64,000 nt of DNA from the NCBI GenBank assembly GCA_000004985.1, contig GG738891.1. One strand, 5' to 3'. A program made the position numbers and the translations under genes. This document shows positions 32,797 through 43,562 of the stretch, piece after piece; positions within the stretch are counted from its first letter, which is position 1; each line of letters begins with the position of its first letter. The stretch comes from Naegleria gruberi. Lineage: Eukaryota. The notes under the pieces are model-generated. The model was not told the origin of the DNA, made no database searches, and was given only the letters and a program-made list of their open reading frames with translations.

Positions 32797-33803
32797 CTCT
32801 GTTGGGATTGTTGTATTAGAAGTGTATCAATTTTGTTTGTTTTTGAAAATTGCTATTGAGCCAAACGAATTTCATCGAAACCAAGCGAAACAATATGGTG
32901 GGAAATTTTTACTTTTCTTGTCACACACCTTCCCTTTGTGAATTGTCAAACTGTGACAGCGCTAAATCCAAATCCATAAGCTAGAACAGAAAAAGGCTGA
33001 TAATACACCATTGTTGACACTAGTAGCATCTTTCGTCCACTTTAAGCTAAATTTCTCCACCAATTTCACTATTGTTTTGGATTTAAGCAACTGTATTGTG
33101 TAACCAACAACTTTTTAGAATCGTATGTCCACGTCTTTGATGCTTGTAATACCTTGAAAATTAGCATGAAACCAATTATGCATTTCGAATAACAAAAAAG
33201 AATAAAACTGACCATATAAAAGGAATTTTGAATGTCCATAACAACAGAATCAAACCATATTGTTAAATAAATCACACTGTCCTCTAATACCGAATTACTC
33301 CGTTTTCTTATGCATCCTTAACTAATACTAAAAAACAATTCTATTTAGTAATGTGCCATTTTGACAAGTTTGCATTTGTCTTGAGATTTCACTCAGATTT
33401 TTTCATCCCACTTAAACATCCAATAAATCATGAAGTGATTCTTGAAAATATTTCCAATTTGTAAAACGTGTCATTTAATCACAAATCTTCAGAATCCTGC
33501 AAAATTTCACTCTTTGCAATATTTTGAAGAAATTTCTTCTTTTTCTTAATATTTAGAGGTAAATTTTTATAAAAGATGGAGTGGTTCAATAGTATTTTCT
33601 AATTCTCAGTTTTACTGTAAATTTCAAAAGGAATGTTTCGTCAGCAGTTTAGTTTATAAAACTAAATGAAAAATGTTAATTGATTTTAAATTTTTGGAAA
33701 GTGGACGAATATGAGGAAAATCCAAAATTAAATTGAATGAGATTGATTTTCAAAGGTAAATAAGGGAGCGGTAAAAATAGATTTCAAACACATCCTTAAA
33801 AAA

Positions 33804-35306
33804 ATGAAACCGAAATGTTGTATTGGAAATGTTTCGAATACTACAACTTGGACGTTTAGTTCAATAATGAAGAGCATTCCGATAGAAGTTATACAACACA
33901 ATATTTTCCCCTATATGGAACATGCTGATTTGAAATATTGTAGATTGGTTTGTAAACTGTGGGACGAATTTTGCCGAAACACATCAACATTTATTCTATT
34001 GAATGTTCAATTAAAATTTGATGAAGAACTGTTTCATTTAAACAGAAAAGGATTCGGTTTCCACGATTGGACAATCAACAAATTGAAAATTGTAAATAAT
34101 AATATTGACTATGAATATATTTATCAGATTTTAAGAGAAATTAAACGAAAGAGCGATTTGGAACATTTAATTTTGGATAAAAGAATTGATTTCAATCAGC
34201 CAATGAGTCAACTGGTATTAAATTTCCCAAATTTGAAACATTTTTCTATGAACAGCACAAATCTCACCAATCATGCTGGTTTGATTCGAATAGTTTCCAA
34301 TCTAGAAAGTTTAAAACTAAGAGTAATGAATTTGGAAAAGGACTTTCTTCTAAACTTGACCAATAATTTTGGATCCAATTTGGTAAAACTCAAAATTGGA
34401 GCAAGTTTTATTGGAAATGAACATTTATCATGTTTGACAAGCTGTAAACAAGCAAGAAATTTGAAATGTTTAGAAATTGTTTCAAGGAGACATGAAAAAT
34501 TTAACATTGAGGCTAATTTTAGTAATTTTAAGGAAGTGGAAGAGCTGAGTTTGGAATTTGGTGATGCCAATGGCGAAGCTTGTTTGAATGAAATTGTAAA
34601 GATTGAGAATTTGAGAGTTTTATCCTTATCGAGGATGAATCTGGGTGATATTTCTAAACATTTTGAAAAACTGAAGAGATTAGAAAGTCTTTCACTTCAT
34701 AATTGTAATTTTAAAGGATTGAATCAAGTTTACAAATTGCAGAGATTGAAATGTTTGAGTATTAAGGGAGGCACACTGGATGAGCAGGATGTTGTGGGAA
34801 TTTCACAATTGGAGTTGACTAAATTGGCTTTGGATCGTTGTGGAATCTCTGCAGATTTGATTTGTAAACATTCAAGAATGAATTCTTTGAGGGAACTTTC
34901 TCTAACAGGAATTCCGCTCACTGAGGAAGCAATTTCAATAATAGGCAGAGAATTTACCCAATTGAGAACACTCTCCATTAGTTCAATATCAATGGAAAAG
35001 GAAAAACTTCAAAGATTGTTAAGAAATGATTTGTTTAGCTCTCTAAGAAATCTCTCCCTCATATCTTGCAATCTCAATGATGATCATTTGGAAACAATCT
35101 TGGACACAACAAGTATTCTTTCCAGATTATCCAATCTCAATATTGATTTGAATGATTTTTCAGAGAATTCCCTCAAATCTTTGCAAAATCAAAATGCTGC
35201 CTCAATGACAACCATTTCTACCCGATCTAGAAAGTCCAGTTTCAGCAATTCTGATCGACCTACCTCTCCCAAAAGAAGAGAAAAACAAGGATGTCTATTC
35301 CAATAA
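33804..35306 (+). CDS. F-box / leucine-rich-repeat protein.
   Basis: N-terminal F-box-like IPIEVIQHNIFPYMEHADLKYCRLVCKLWDEF, followed by LRRs (LKHFSMNSTNLTN…, LESLKLRVMNLEKDFLLNL…, LRVLSLSRMNLGD…). ATG in AAAAAAATG context. Confidence 0.6.
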   Translation: MKPKCCIGNVSNTTTWTFSSIMKSIPIEVIQHNIFPYMEHADLKYCRLVCKLWDEFCRNTSTFILLNVQLKFDEELFHLNRKGFGFHDWTINKLKIVNNNIDYEYIYQILREIKRKSDLEHLILDKRIDFNQPMSQLVLNFPNLKHFSMNSTNLTNHAGLIRIVSNLESLKLRVMNLEKDFLLNLTNNFGSNLVKLKIGASFIGNEHLSCLTSCKQARNLKCLEIVSRRHEKFNIEANFSNFKEVEELSLEFGDANGEACLNEIVKIENLRVLSLSRMNLGDISKHFEKLKRLESLSLHNCNFKGLNQVYKLQRLKCLSIKGGTLDEQDVVGISQLELTKLALDRCGISADLICKHSRMNSLRELSLTGIPLTEEAISIIGREFTQLRTLSISSISMEKEKLQRLLRNDLFSSLRNLSLISCNLNDDHLETILDTTSILSRLSNLNIDLNDFSENSLKSLQNQNAASMTTISTRSRKSSFSNSDRPTSPKRREKQGCLFQ

Positions 35307-35370
35307 ATCAACCAACTCGAAATCCAATTTTAATTCTCATCCAACTCAATTAAAGTACATTTATTTACAA

Positions 35371-37029
35371 TTATTCCTCTTCCTCATCCACTACACATGC
35401 ATCATCGCTTTCATATCCACTTGTTGATTTTCTTGGCATACGATTACCAATAGTGCTCTGGAAACGAGGAGCATTTGGATTTGGGAGTGGTCTCCTAGAA
35501 TCACGAACAACAGCTCTCTTTCTAACTGGTATTTTGATTTTCCTCACTGTTTGTCCTTCATTGTCAACTTCTGCTGTTTGTTGTTGATTCACTCCTTCTA
35601 CTGTATTTGCTGTTGGTTGTTGACTCATTTCCTCATCACTATTCGATTTTACATCTTCCGTAGTATCGTATTGTTGTGGAGATTCTTGACGTTGATCAAC
35701 AACTGCTTGTCTTTGTTTTGGTGAAATATCCATAACTTCCATCACTGGAGGTTCTGTTAGATAAGTTTGTTTCGAATTATTCATCTCCAAAGGATTCAAC
35801 AAAACAGGTGGTTGATTAAACGAGGTTTGTGGAGAAGTAGGAGTTGGCAATGCTTTCAAATACCCACTATGTGTCTTTATGCCATTGTGTGGTGTTGTAC
35901 TAATTTGTGGAGGTGGTGCCTGTTTCTTCACTGGTTTATCCCAAGTTGTCGTGCCAGATTGTGCATGATGATAATAGTACTGATTGCTTCCGTAATCGTA
36001 GTAAGCTACCCAACCCTCTTCCAATTGTTCTTCCTGTTGTTGTTGTTGTGTTGTACTAGTAGTTGTTGTTGTAGTTGTTTGTGTGTTGGAAACAGTTGCA
36101 GTTGTTGAGGCAGTTGTTGAAGAAGAAGACGAATTATTGGAAGTGTTTGATGAGGATATTGAGGATGCTGATACTGATGATGATGATGATGTACTGCTGC
36201 TATTATTTGATGATTCATCATCTCCGAATATAGAATGTGCTTCAGCAATCAGGGTTGTCATTAAATTACTAGAATATTTGGAATCCTGGAGAATTTCCAT
36301 GTGACTTTGAGGAAGATCTGATTTTAACAAGTTAGGAGCAAAAACAATGGCCAAATTACTTGGCGACATTTTGTTAATACTTGAATTTGCAGCAACTTTC
36401 TTCAAGAATAAACATAAATTCTTTAAAATTGTAAAGTTTGTGGGTGGAAGAAACTTGATTACTTTTTGAATCATGACCAATCTTTGTTCTTCATCAGGAA
36501 TTCTCTGAATATTTGTGAATTTCATGAATAATTTTCATTTGAATTATATTTTCGAAAGTCAAATGATTCGAATAAGATCTAAAAACAAGTCTAAATAACA
36601 TACCTCAGCTGCCAAAAACATTCCATACTGTTCATATGTCAATAAAGGATCCATCAATTCTCTCAAATACAATTTCAGTAAACTACTCGCCAAGTGAATT
36701 TCATATTTCTCATACGGAACATCAAATTTAATATTTTGCTCTAATTGTTGAATGACTTCATCTTCATCTGATTTTTTAGGTGAAATTCTAAAGATACCTT
36801 CAATCTTTAGTCCATTTTCGTCTAGATAGGACATGGCTTTTAATACGAAAGGAGGTAAATCATTTGGATCGAGTGGAAGTTTCTTTGCAAAAACTTTGGA
36901 ATTTGCAAACTTTTCATTGGTTGGGAATTTTTGTGAACCTGGTGAGTTAGCAGCAACTGGTGATGATGGTGAGTTGGAATTGGTTGGTGGAGATGTCGAT
37001 TTCTTGTTATTCTTTTTAAAGATTTTCAT
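35371..37029 (-). CDS. RhoGAP-domain protein with a C-terminal WW domain. Exon 1 is 36604..37029, intron 36505..36603 (99 nt, GTATGT…TATTCAG), exon 2 is 35371..36504.
   Basis: ORF 36559..37092 carries the RhoGAP N-half (…GIFRISPKKSDEDEVIQQLEQNIKFD…HLASSLLKLYLRELMDPLLTYEQYGMFLAAE) followed by GTATGT. ORF 35371..36525 continues at phase 0 with RIPDEEQRLVMIQKVIKFLPPTNFTILKNLCLFLKKVA…MSPSNLAIVFAPNLL (RhoGAP C-half). WW domain EEGWVAYYDYGSNQYYYHHAQSGTTTWDKP. The start was re-anchored to the first ATG (37029) because the ORF-track start is GTG with TGA just upstream. Confidence 0.7.
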
Positions 37030-37672
37030 CCCTTCTTCTTTGTTTTTATACGAAAGTAAACTAATGCTATTAGAAATATGATGAACACACACTATTGTAT
37101 GGTCAATATGAAGATGTTGAATGGAAGATGATGACGAAGGCTTTGTTGCTAATCCGAAAGTCCCAAATGATACTGTTGTGTTTTTGTGCTATTTTTTTTT
37201 ATGCTTGTCTGAACATTCATTGGACATTTGACGTGTGAGCGGGTCAGCCAACAGAAACTTGATTCCTAAAAACCCGTAAGTCTGAGGATTCGTGAGACTC
37301 GAGATTAATATTGGCAAAACGAATCCACATATTTCATTGTAATCAAATGCCAAATGCCAAACTGTCGAGACAATAAAGAATATAATCAAGCAAAAACAAG
37401 AGAAGATGTAAAAAGAGACAAGATATAAATTTCTTCATTGTGAAAAACATCAAATATTGCAAACGAACATGAAAACAGCAAGTAACACTATTTTCTAAAT
37501 TTATTCTTATTGAGGCAAGCTTTGATAGCATGAATTTTATTTCCTTTTGGGGATTGTTGTAAAATTAAAAGGAACAGGAAGTTTGGTAGAATGTCATGAA
37601 ATGCTTGCCGAATCTATTCGAATCAATTTTATTATTAATAATTCGAAATTAGGATCTTTTTTGTCGTGTCTG

Positions 37673-38350
37673 TTAAAACAACTTTCGCACAGATTTAATA
37701 ACCCAAAACGAAACTACACTTCCCACCAATACATTAATCAATGAGTTTACAATTATTGTAAAGGCATTCATCAAGACAATTTCAATTTTTTCAATGAAAA
37801 TTGGAATTATAATTTGAGAGATTGAATCTCCTAAAACTTCACTAATTGTTTTTCCCAATAATTTGCTCGCAATTTTCAGCTCAAAATCTTGTAACAATTT
37901 TAAAGAGCTAACGTTTACAAATTGTAATGGAAGTGAAGAGTTTGATAAATGTGGAATTGTAAAATAATCAAATTTCATAGAGATGGAAACATGTTCGAGT
38001 GATATTTTACCTTGATCCCAAATAAAATTCTTTCCTTTTTGGTTAATTCTTTGAATTTTGTAATCAAATTCCAAATTTGTTAATTTAAAGTGATTTAAAT
38101 TTTTCAAATCCAAAATAATAGTTGTATTTTCCACAGAGAAGAGTAAATTAGAATTGGAAAGTACTTGATTCAATAGTGAATATTTCAATTCGATGGATTT
38201 TTCAAATTTAATTGAAGAGAGAAAGTAAGATGAGAAACTTTCCGAAATGGCAGTTGAAGTTTTTGAGAGGAAGGTTGTATGTTCCAAGCCTGATGAATTT
38301 TCCAATAGAAAAAAACAAGCAAGCAACATTAGCAAAAACACGTGTTTCAT
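37673..38350 (-). CDS. Predicted secreted protein (N-terminal signal peptide), unknown family.
   Basis: MKHVFLLMLLACFFLLENSSG is a hydrophobic signal peptide. The remaining ~200 aa are N/S/L-rich. ATG in AAAAAAAATG context. Confidence 0.45.
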   Translation of the reverse strand: MKHVFLLMLLACFFLLENSSGLEHTTFLSKTSTAISESFSSYFLSSIKFEKSIELKYSLLNQVLSNSNLLFSVENTTIILDLKNLNHFKLTNLEFDYKIQRINQKGKNFIWDQGKISLEHVSISMKFDYFTIPHLSNSSLPLQFVNVSSLKLLQDFELKIASKLLGKTISEVLGDSISQIIIPIFIEKIEIVLMNAFTIIVNSLINVLVGSVVSFWVIKSVRKLF

Positions 38351-38793
38351 TTTTTTTTGAAATTAGAAACTTAAGTTTATGTAGTTTACAATGAAGAATG
38401 GTCCCTGCCATGAAAAATTGGATAGTAATTGCAATTGTTAGTTTTTGGAGTCATCTTAATTTTATTTTAACAAAGAAACAAAAAGACTACAGCACCACAG
38501 GTTCCCAAGTTGTCTCCAACCTCAGTACTGATGTGGCTCGACGATGCTTAACTTCTCAAATCGGACGGGATGAGGTGCATTCATCGTGATATGGCCGTAG
38601 CCATTCAATTACTAGATTTCTGAGTTATAAATCAAAGTTGCAATCAATTTATTTTCGCAACTAAGCTTACCATGCAATTACAAAATAAAGTTGATAGACA
38701 ATTGGTGAAACAGACCTGCCTTTGAAGGATGTAAATCTTTATTGATCATTCCATCAGGTCTCAAAATAATCCTACCCTGGAAAATTAAAAATA

Positions 38794-38866
38794 TGCCGAC
38801 ACCAGGGATCGAACCAGGGACCTTAAGATCTTCAGTCTTACGCTCTCCCAACTGAGCTATGTCGGC
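38794..38866 (-). tRNA. tRNA-Phe (anticodon GAA).
   Basis: Minus-strand sequence GCCGACA-TA-GCTC-AGTTGGGA-GAGC-G-TAAGA-CTGAAGA-TCTTA-AGGTC-CCTGG-TTCGATC-CCTGG-TGTCGGC-A forms a canonical cloverleaf. 7-bp acceptor, D-arm with A14/GG, anticodon loop with U33-GAA-A37, T-loop TTCGATC. It resembles canonical eukaryotic tRNA-Phe. One U·U mismatch in the T-stem (51:63). No encoded CCA. Confidence 0.9.
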
Positions 38867-38978
38867 TTCTTAATTCATATGTGTAAGTATTAAGGTTCCT
38901 TATATAAGAAAATGGAACTTTAGCAAAGTTGCCTCTAAATTGGTTAAATAAAAAAACCTTTAAACTGTTAGAAAATGT

Positions 38979-41272
38979 TTAATAAAATGGTTCCCCTCCA
39001 TTATAAACGTCCAAATATTCGATTCCCTCGAACTGTCTAAATCTGAAGTAATGAGCACCTGCAACTGATTGAATTAGGGCAGGATCCATCTCACTTGAAA
39101 CTATTGAGGCATCAGGAATCATTTCTGATGTTACCCTTTCAACAATCTCTTTCAGTTTTGGAATGTTAAAAGTACCTCCGGAAAGGATAACATGCTTAAT
39201 CTTTGGTACTCTTCCATATGGCGAAGGAATCATTCCCTCTGTGATGGATTCTCTTAGTAACTTCTCAAAGTTTGCAAATTCGTTTTCACATAGAGTGTAA
39301 AATTCATCCCTTGTAACTGTAACAGAAGATCCATTTGAAAGTTCTACGATTGTGGAATTATTGATAGAAAGGGAACCCTTTACCTTTTCACATTGCTTAA
39401 GATCGATTGAGGAGCTGTGCTTTTCTTCCAAATGCTTCAATAAAATGAAACTGAAATCCTTTCCATTACAGCATTCCAAAAACTTTTCAAATATAAGATG
39501 ACTGTAGTAGTATTGAGAAACCTCACTGATATTGACTACTGGCTTACTACTTGACCAATTAACCACTAGACAATCACTGCCCATAATTGATTGGATGAAT
39601 GCATAAGGTATAATTTCTCTTCCATCCTCACAACATTGCAAGACTGACAATCCACAAGCTTTAGCAGATTCTACAACTAGATATTTATCCTCTGTTGGGA
39701 CTAGTAATTGTACAATTTTGGTTGAGAAGTATTTCACATTACCATCAAGATTGATCCGATCACTTGCATAGCTTGTCTCCATGTGTTGTTTGAATTCTCT
39801 GAATAATTCCTTCATTCTTTCACTGTTCGAATAAATATTTTCATCATTCGTTTGAATAACTTTTGCTGTTACTCCAACTGAATTACTAATTGAAATTGAA
39901 GCTTTCCATCGAGTTCTTCCACAATCAATTGACCAAGGAGCATGATTAAATTTACATCTGGAAATGATATTGTCTCTAATAGCTTGATCTCTTAAAGTAG
40001 TAATTGCCCATGAAATAACAGGTTGAATTCCATCCAATTCAGGATTGTAATCAACTCCCATAAATCCAGAAATGTAATGAAACTCTTTCCACTTTTGATG
40101 ATTCAACACCTCGACACTTGTTGCCGTAATTGGATTAGGGAAGCATCCAATTTCAAAAGCCTCTCTCCATCTGAAAACTTTTGCAAGTTTCTCAACTTCA
40201 GACTCTCCAGTTTCTTCAAACAAGTAGCCCTGAGAGAAATCATCAGTATATGGTTCATTTTCAGCAAATTTAGAATCCATCTCGATAAATTTCTGTAAAT
40301 GGTATGAAACTCTGTTCTCTTTATCATATGGGAAGAAGTAATTGATCCATCCAGAAATGAAATCAAAGCCACTGCTAGAATCAAAGAGAGCAATACCATT
40401 CCAAAATGTTTTCAACTCTTCAGTGAGAGTTTCTTCTTGGGCTGTTTTGATAATCCTATCAAGAATGAGTGTCAAAACCTTTCTCCACCAAGCCATATCA
40501 TATTCGTCAAGGAGTTTGAGCTTCTCTCTCATTCCCAACCAGTCATCCATAGTTCCCAAAATTGTAACACTTGGAAGACCACATAAGAAATCATTCTTAT
40601 ACGAATAAAAATCCTTAAAAGCTTCCATCAACAACATTTTCGAGGCAACTTTCTCAACTTGGGTAGAAGTTGAAAAGTTGTGATCTATAAAGTCCATCAA
40701 TTTGATTTTTCTCTCATCTCCCTTATGGGATGAAACATCATTTACAATTGCCTGATGAATTTCATTCACAACTCCCTCCCAATTAATCTCAGCACTCACT
40801 GGATCAATATATTGAGGCATAGCAACAACAATATCCATCTTGTTTTGCTTTTCTTCAGCATTGCCAATCAATTCAGGTCTCAAAGCCAAATGCTTTACCA
40901 ATCCCTGTGTAATCATCATCCAAATGTGATCAGGACTCACAATCAATGGATAATGTTCACTGTAAGCAGTACAATAACAAGCAACAACAGGATGAGGTCT
41001 CACCAATAGATTCTTCAATGCATAGACATTATCGGGTGAGTGTATGACACTGTAACGGGATCGAATTAAATCCTGATCAACTTTATCTCCCTTCTCAATG
41101 GTATTAGTAAATAATTGATTTAATAAAACTCTTTCAGAAGGCTGACTGTAGAGTTTGCCAATTTCATAGGGTTTGGCTTCTTCTTGTTCATCCTCATCAA
41201 TCGGATGCTTCTTCTTTGGAGTCCATGATGAAGCATAGAAGGGAGTAAAATCCCTCTTACAAAGAACCTTCA
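38979..41272 (-). CDS. Two-domain protein: N-terminal ~460-aa DUF4419-like domain fused to a C-terminal Hsp70/actin-fold (sugar-kinase/Hsp70/actin superfamily) ATPase-like domain.
   Basis: C-terminal half: WSIDCGRTRWKASI (phosphate-1-like, cf. GIDLGTT), LVVESAKACGLSVLQCC…IPYAF (cf. the Hsp70 'AATKDAG…AGL.VLRIINEPTAAA' segment), HVILSGGTFNIPKLKEIVERV (cf. VLVGGSTRIP.VQ), DPALIQSVAGAHYF. The N-terminal half resembles the DUF4419 family from memory (…DHIWMMITQGL…WWRKVL…), unverified. The start was set to the first ATG (41272) because the ORF-track start at 41342 is TTG. Confidence 0.55.
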
Positions 41273-41442
41273 TGTTGCGCAATTTTTTTGGAATTGTTCC
41301 ATCTTGTTCCTTAACAACAATATCTTTGATATCTGCTTCCAAAATATTTGTGCTTTCCCTTGTAAGGTGTTTTGTACAGTCCGCAGAGCAAAGATTGAGA
41401 AATTACAAAGGATTTGAAAATCATAAAATATATCTTACACGT

Positions 41443-43299
41443 TTATAACTTAGGGGTAGTGCTATTCTTTCTTACAGTAATTTCCTCATTTAGGTTTTCT
41501 TGTATGCATGCTAAAATCTTAGATTTGTTTTCAATGGCATAAAATTGTGACATTAAGTGAATTTGTTGAATTGGAGAATAGATTCTTATATTAATTCTTG
41601 CTTGAACTAGATCAAACCAATTAATGGAAGGGGGTGGAGCTAGAATTCCTGTAGTATATTCAGCAAGTGATTTCTCATCAATACTCCAATTATGTCTATA
41701 AATTTCTTTCCATATAACATCAGACTTGGCAGATTCGTACCAATGTCTACAAACAGAGAAACATGTCAATAAATCAGGTATATCCAAAAAGAGGAATATA
41801 TACACTAGGGAATCTGTAGTAATACGTCTATTGAGTTCACCATTATTCTTCTTTGATCCTTGCTTAATTGTAAGTTTAAATCCTTCAATGCATTGCATTA
41901 AATAGTCAGATGAAATATATATACAATTATCAGAATTATTTGAGAAGGTTTTCTGAATATTTTGTAAACTTAATACTTGAGTGTCTGATCCTACTGGAAG
42001 TGTGACAATCTTTCTATGTTTGGGTTTGCTTTGAATGACAACAGGTTTTTCTTCTTCTGGCACATACTCATCATCGTCAGCTTTTCTCTTTCTTTTACCT
42101 TTTCCAGTTCCAACAATTGTTAGTTCAGATTCCTCATCCATCATCTGATCTGCATCATCTGTACTTGATTGAGGTGCACTTGGAAGTGGTTTAGTTCTTG
42201 GTCTACCTCTTCCTCTCTTCTTTTCCACTTGTGGTGGTGATGGAGGTGGTAGTTCAACACTTGATGAGGCAGAAGCTACAATTGTTTGTACAGTTGCTTC
42301 CAAAGGAGGTGCTGGTTTTTTCTTGTTGGAAGAACCTTTTGGACGACCTCTACTCCTCTTTCCTTGTTTTTCAGGTGTTGAAACATTAGTAGATGTTGTT
42401 GTGGCAGCTGCTTCCAATGATGTTTGTGTGTTTGTCAATTGTGAAGAGGTTGCAGATTCCTCAGTGCCAGTAGTACTACTACTAGAAGATGATGGTTTGC
42501 TTTCATCAGTTGCTTTAAGAGATTCGGAAACAAGATGGCCTGCATCATTGTACTTGATAAAAGGTCTCACTCCCTGTTGGGCTCCTGTACCAGGATCTAA
42601 AAAGCCTACATTAGTGGAATATTTAATACCACAAGCATTACATAATGTTCCTGTTCCAAGAGGTCCCTTTCTCCAAGTAGGAGTATCCATACATCCACAA
42701 TTAGAGCAAACAGCCTTCGCTTGAATTCTCTTCACTTTCAATGAAGAAACAATAGAATCTCTTTCACCTTCTGCCAATTGTACAATTTCACCCTTCTTGC
42801 CAGGCTTCTTTTTCTTTTGGTGTTCTTCTGTGGTTGCTGTTGGTACTGTTGTGGATGCATCCTTGTCCCAAATTAATTGTAGTGTGGTTGGTGCCTCTGT
42901 ATTGATTGTTGTTGGTGGTAAATTGTTACAAGGAAGGGAGGAAGAGGCTGGATCTTGTCTGCCAACTTGTCCTCCTGAGGCTGAAAATACATTGGGAATA
43001 ACAGATGATCCATTCACAACACTACTAATAGAACCCTTCTCGGCACTAGAGGTTAATTGATCCAGAATACTACCGAGTGTTATTTCATTGGTGTTATCTG
43101 AGGTCATCCCGACAATCCCTGGCGTGTTAGTATCAACAGATGAAGCAGTTAGGGGTGTACTAGACTCTTGAACCTCTAGTTTGACTGTAGAAGATGACAA
43201 CACGTCTACAGCTGCTGGACTAACAGTGTTAGCCTCCTGAGTTGTTGAAGGAGGATGATTCAGCTGTGTTTCTTCTTGGTTTTCGGAGGCGAGGCTCAT
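41443..43299 (-). CDS. GATA-type zinc-finger protein with AT-hook motifs and a C-terminal F-box-like domain.
   Basis: GATA finger CSNCGCMDTPTWRKGPLGTGTLCNACGIKY (C-x2-C-x18-C-x2-C with the TPxWR and CNACG hallmarks). AT-hooks KRSRGRPKGS and KKRGRGRPRTKP. C-terminal F-box-like IFLFLDIPDLLTCFSVCRHWYESAKSDVIWKEI. ATG at 43299 in AAAAAAATG context; upstream 'M' codons in the ORF track are non-ATG. Confidence 0.7.
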   Translation of the reverse strand: MSLASENQEETQLNHPPSTTQEANTVSPAAVDVLSSSTVKLEVQESSTPLTASSVDTNTPGIVGMTSDNTNEITLGSILDQLTSSAEKGSISSVVNGSSVIPNVFSASGGQVGRQDPASSSLPCNNLPPTTINTEAPTTLQLIWDKDASTTVPTATTEEHQKKKKPGKKGEIVQLAEGERDSIVSSLKVKRIQAKAVCSNCGCMDTPTWRKGPLGTGTLCNACGIKYSTNVGFLDPGTGAQQGVRPFIKYNDAGHLVSESLKATDESKPSSSSSSTTGTEESATSSQLTNTQTSLEAAATTTSTNVSTPEKQGKRSRGRPKGSSNKKKPAPPLEATVQTIVASASSSVELPPPSPPQVEKKRGRGRPRTKPLPSAPQSSTDDADQMMDEESELTIVGTGKGKRKRKADDDEYVPEEEKPVVIQSKPKHRKIVTLPVGSDTQVLSLQNIQKTFSNNSDNCIYISSDYLMQCIEGFKLTIKQGSKKNNGELNRRITTDSLVYIFLFLDIPDLLTCFSVCRHWYESAKSDVIWKEIYRHNWSIDEKSLAEYTTGILAPPPSINWFDLVQARINIRIYSPIQQIHLMSQFYAIENKSKILACIQENLNEEITVRKNSTTPKL

Positions 43300-43562
43300 T
43301 TTTTTAATTAAAAATAATAAAATATTTGTGATGATGATAGAAAATTGTTCATCAAAGGACAACCTGTTGTGATCTTTGTTGTAACTTGAATGGAACACAA
43401 TTTTAGATTAATGGATTGTGTTTATTTTGTGGTGGTTGTACTGTGTCGGATGATCGTATTGCAAGACTTTCATTATCTAACTTTTGTCATTTTCAAATAT
43501 GTTGATTATTATTGCAATGTTGAACACAATTTGGATGAGAACAAGGATTAGATTCTTTCTTG

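Noticed and set aside
36505-36603. Alternative acceptor TTTTTAG at ~36575 for the RhoGAP intron (shorter intron).
   Set aside because: That acceptor leads to a stop within 25 codons. Only the TATTCAG acceptor at 36505 continues into the RhoGAP C-half in frame.
40023-40608. Several 88-98-aa ORFs on both strands inside the DUF4419/Hsp70-like gene.
   Set aside because: They are internal to or antisense of a continuous 787-aa ORF with coherent domain content, so they are artefacts of AT-rich sequence.
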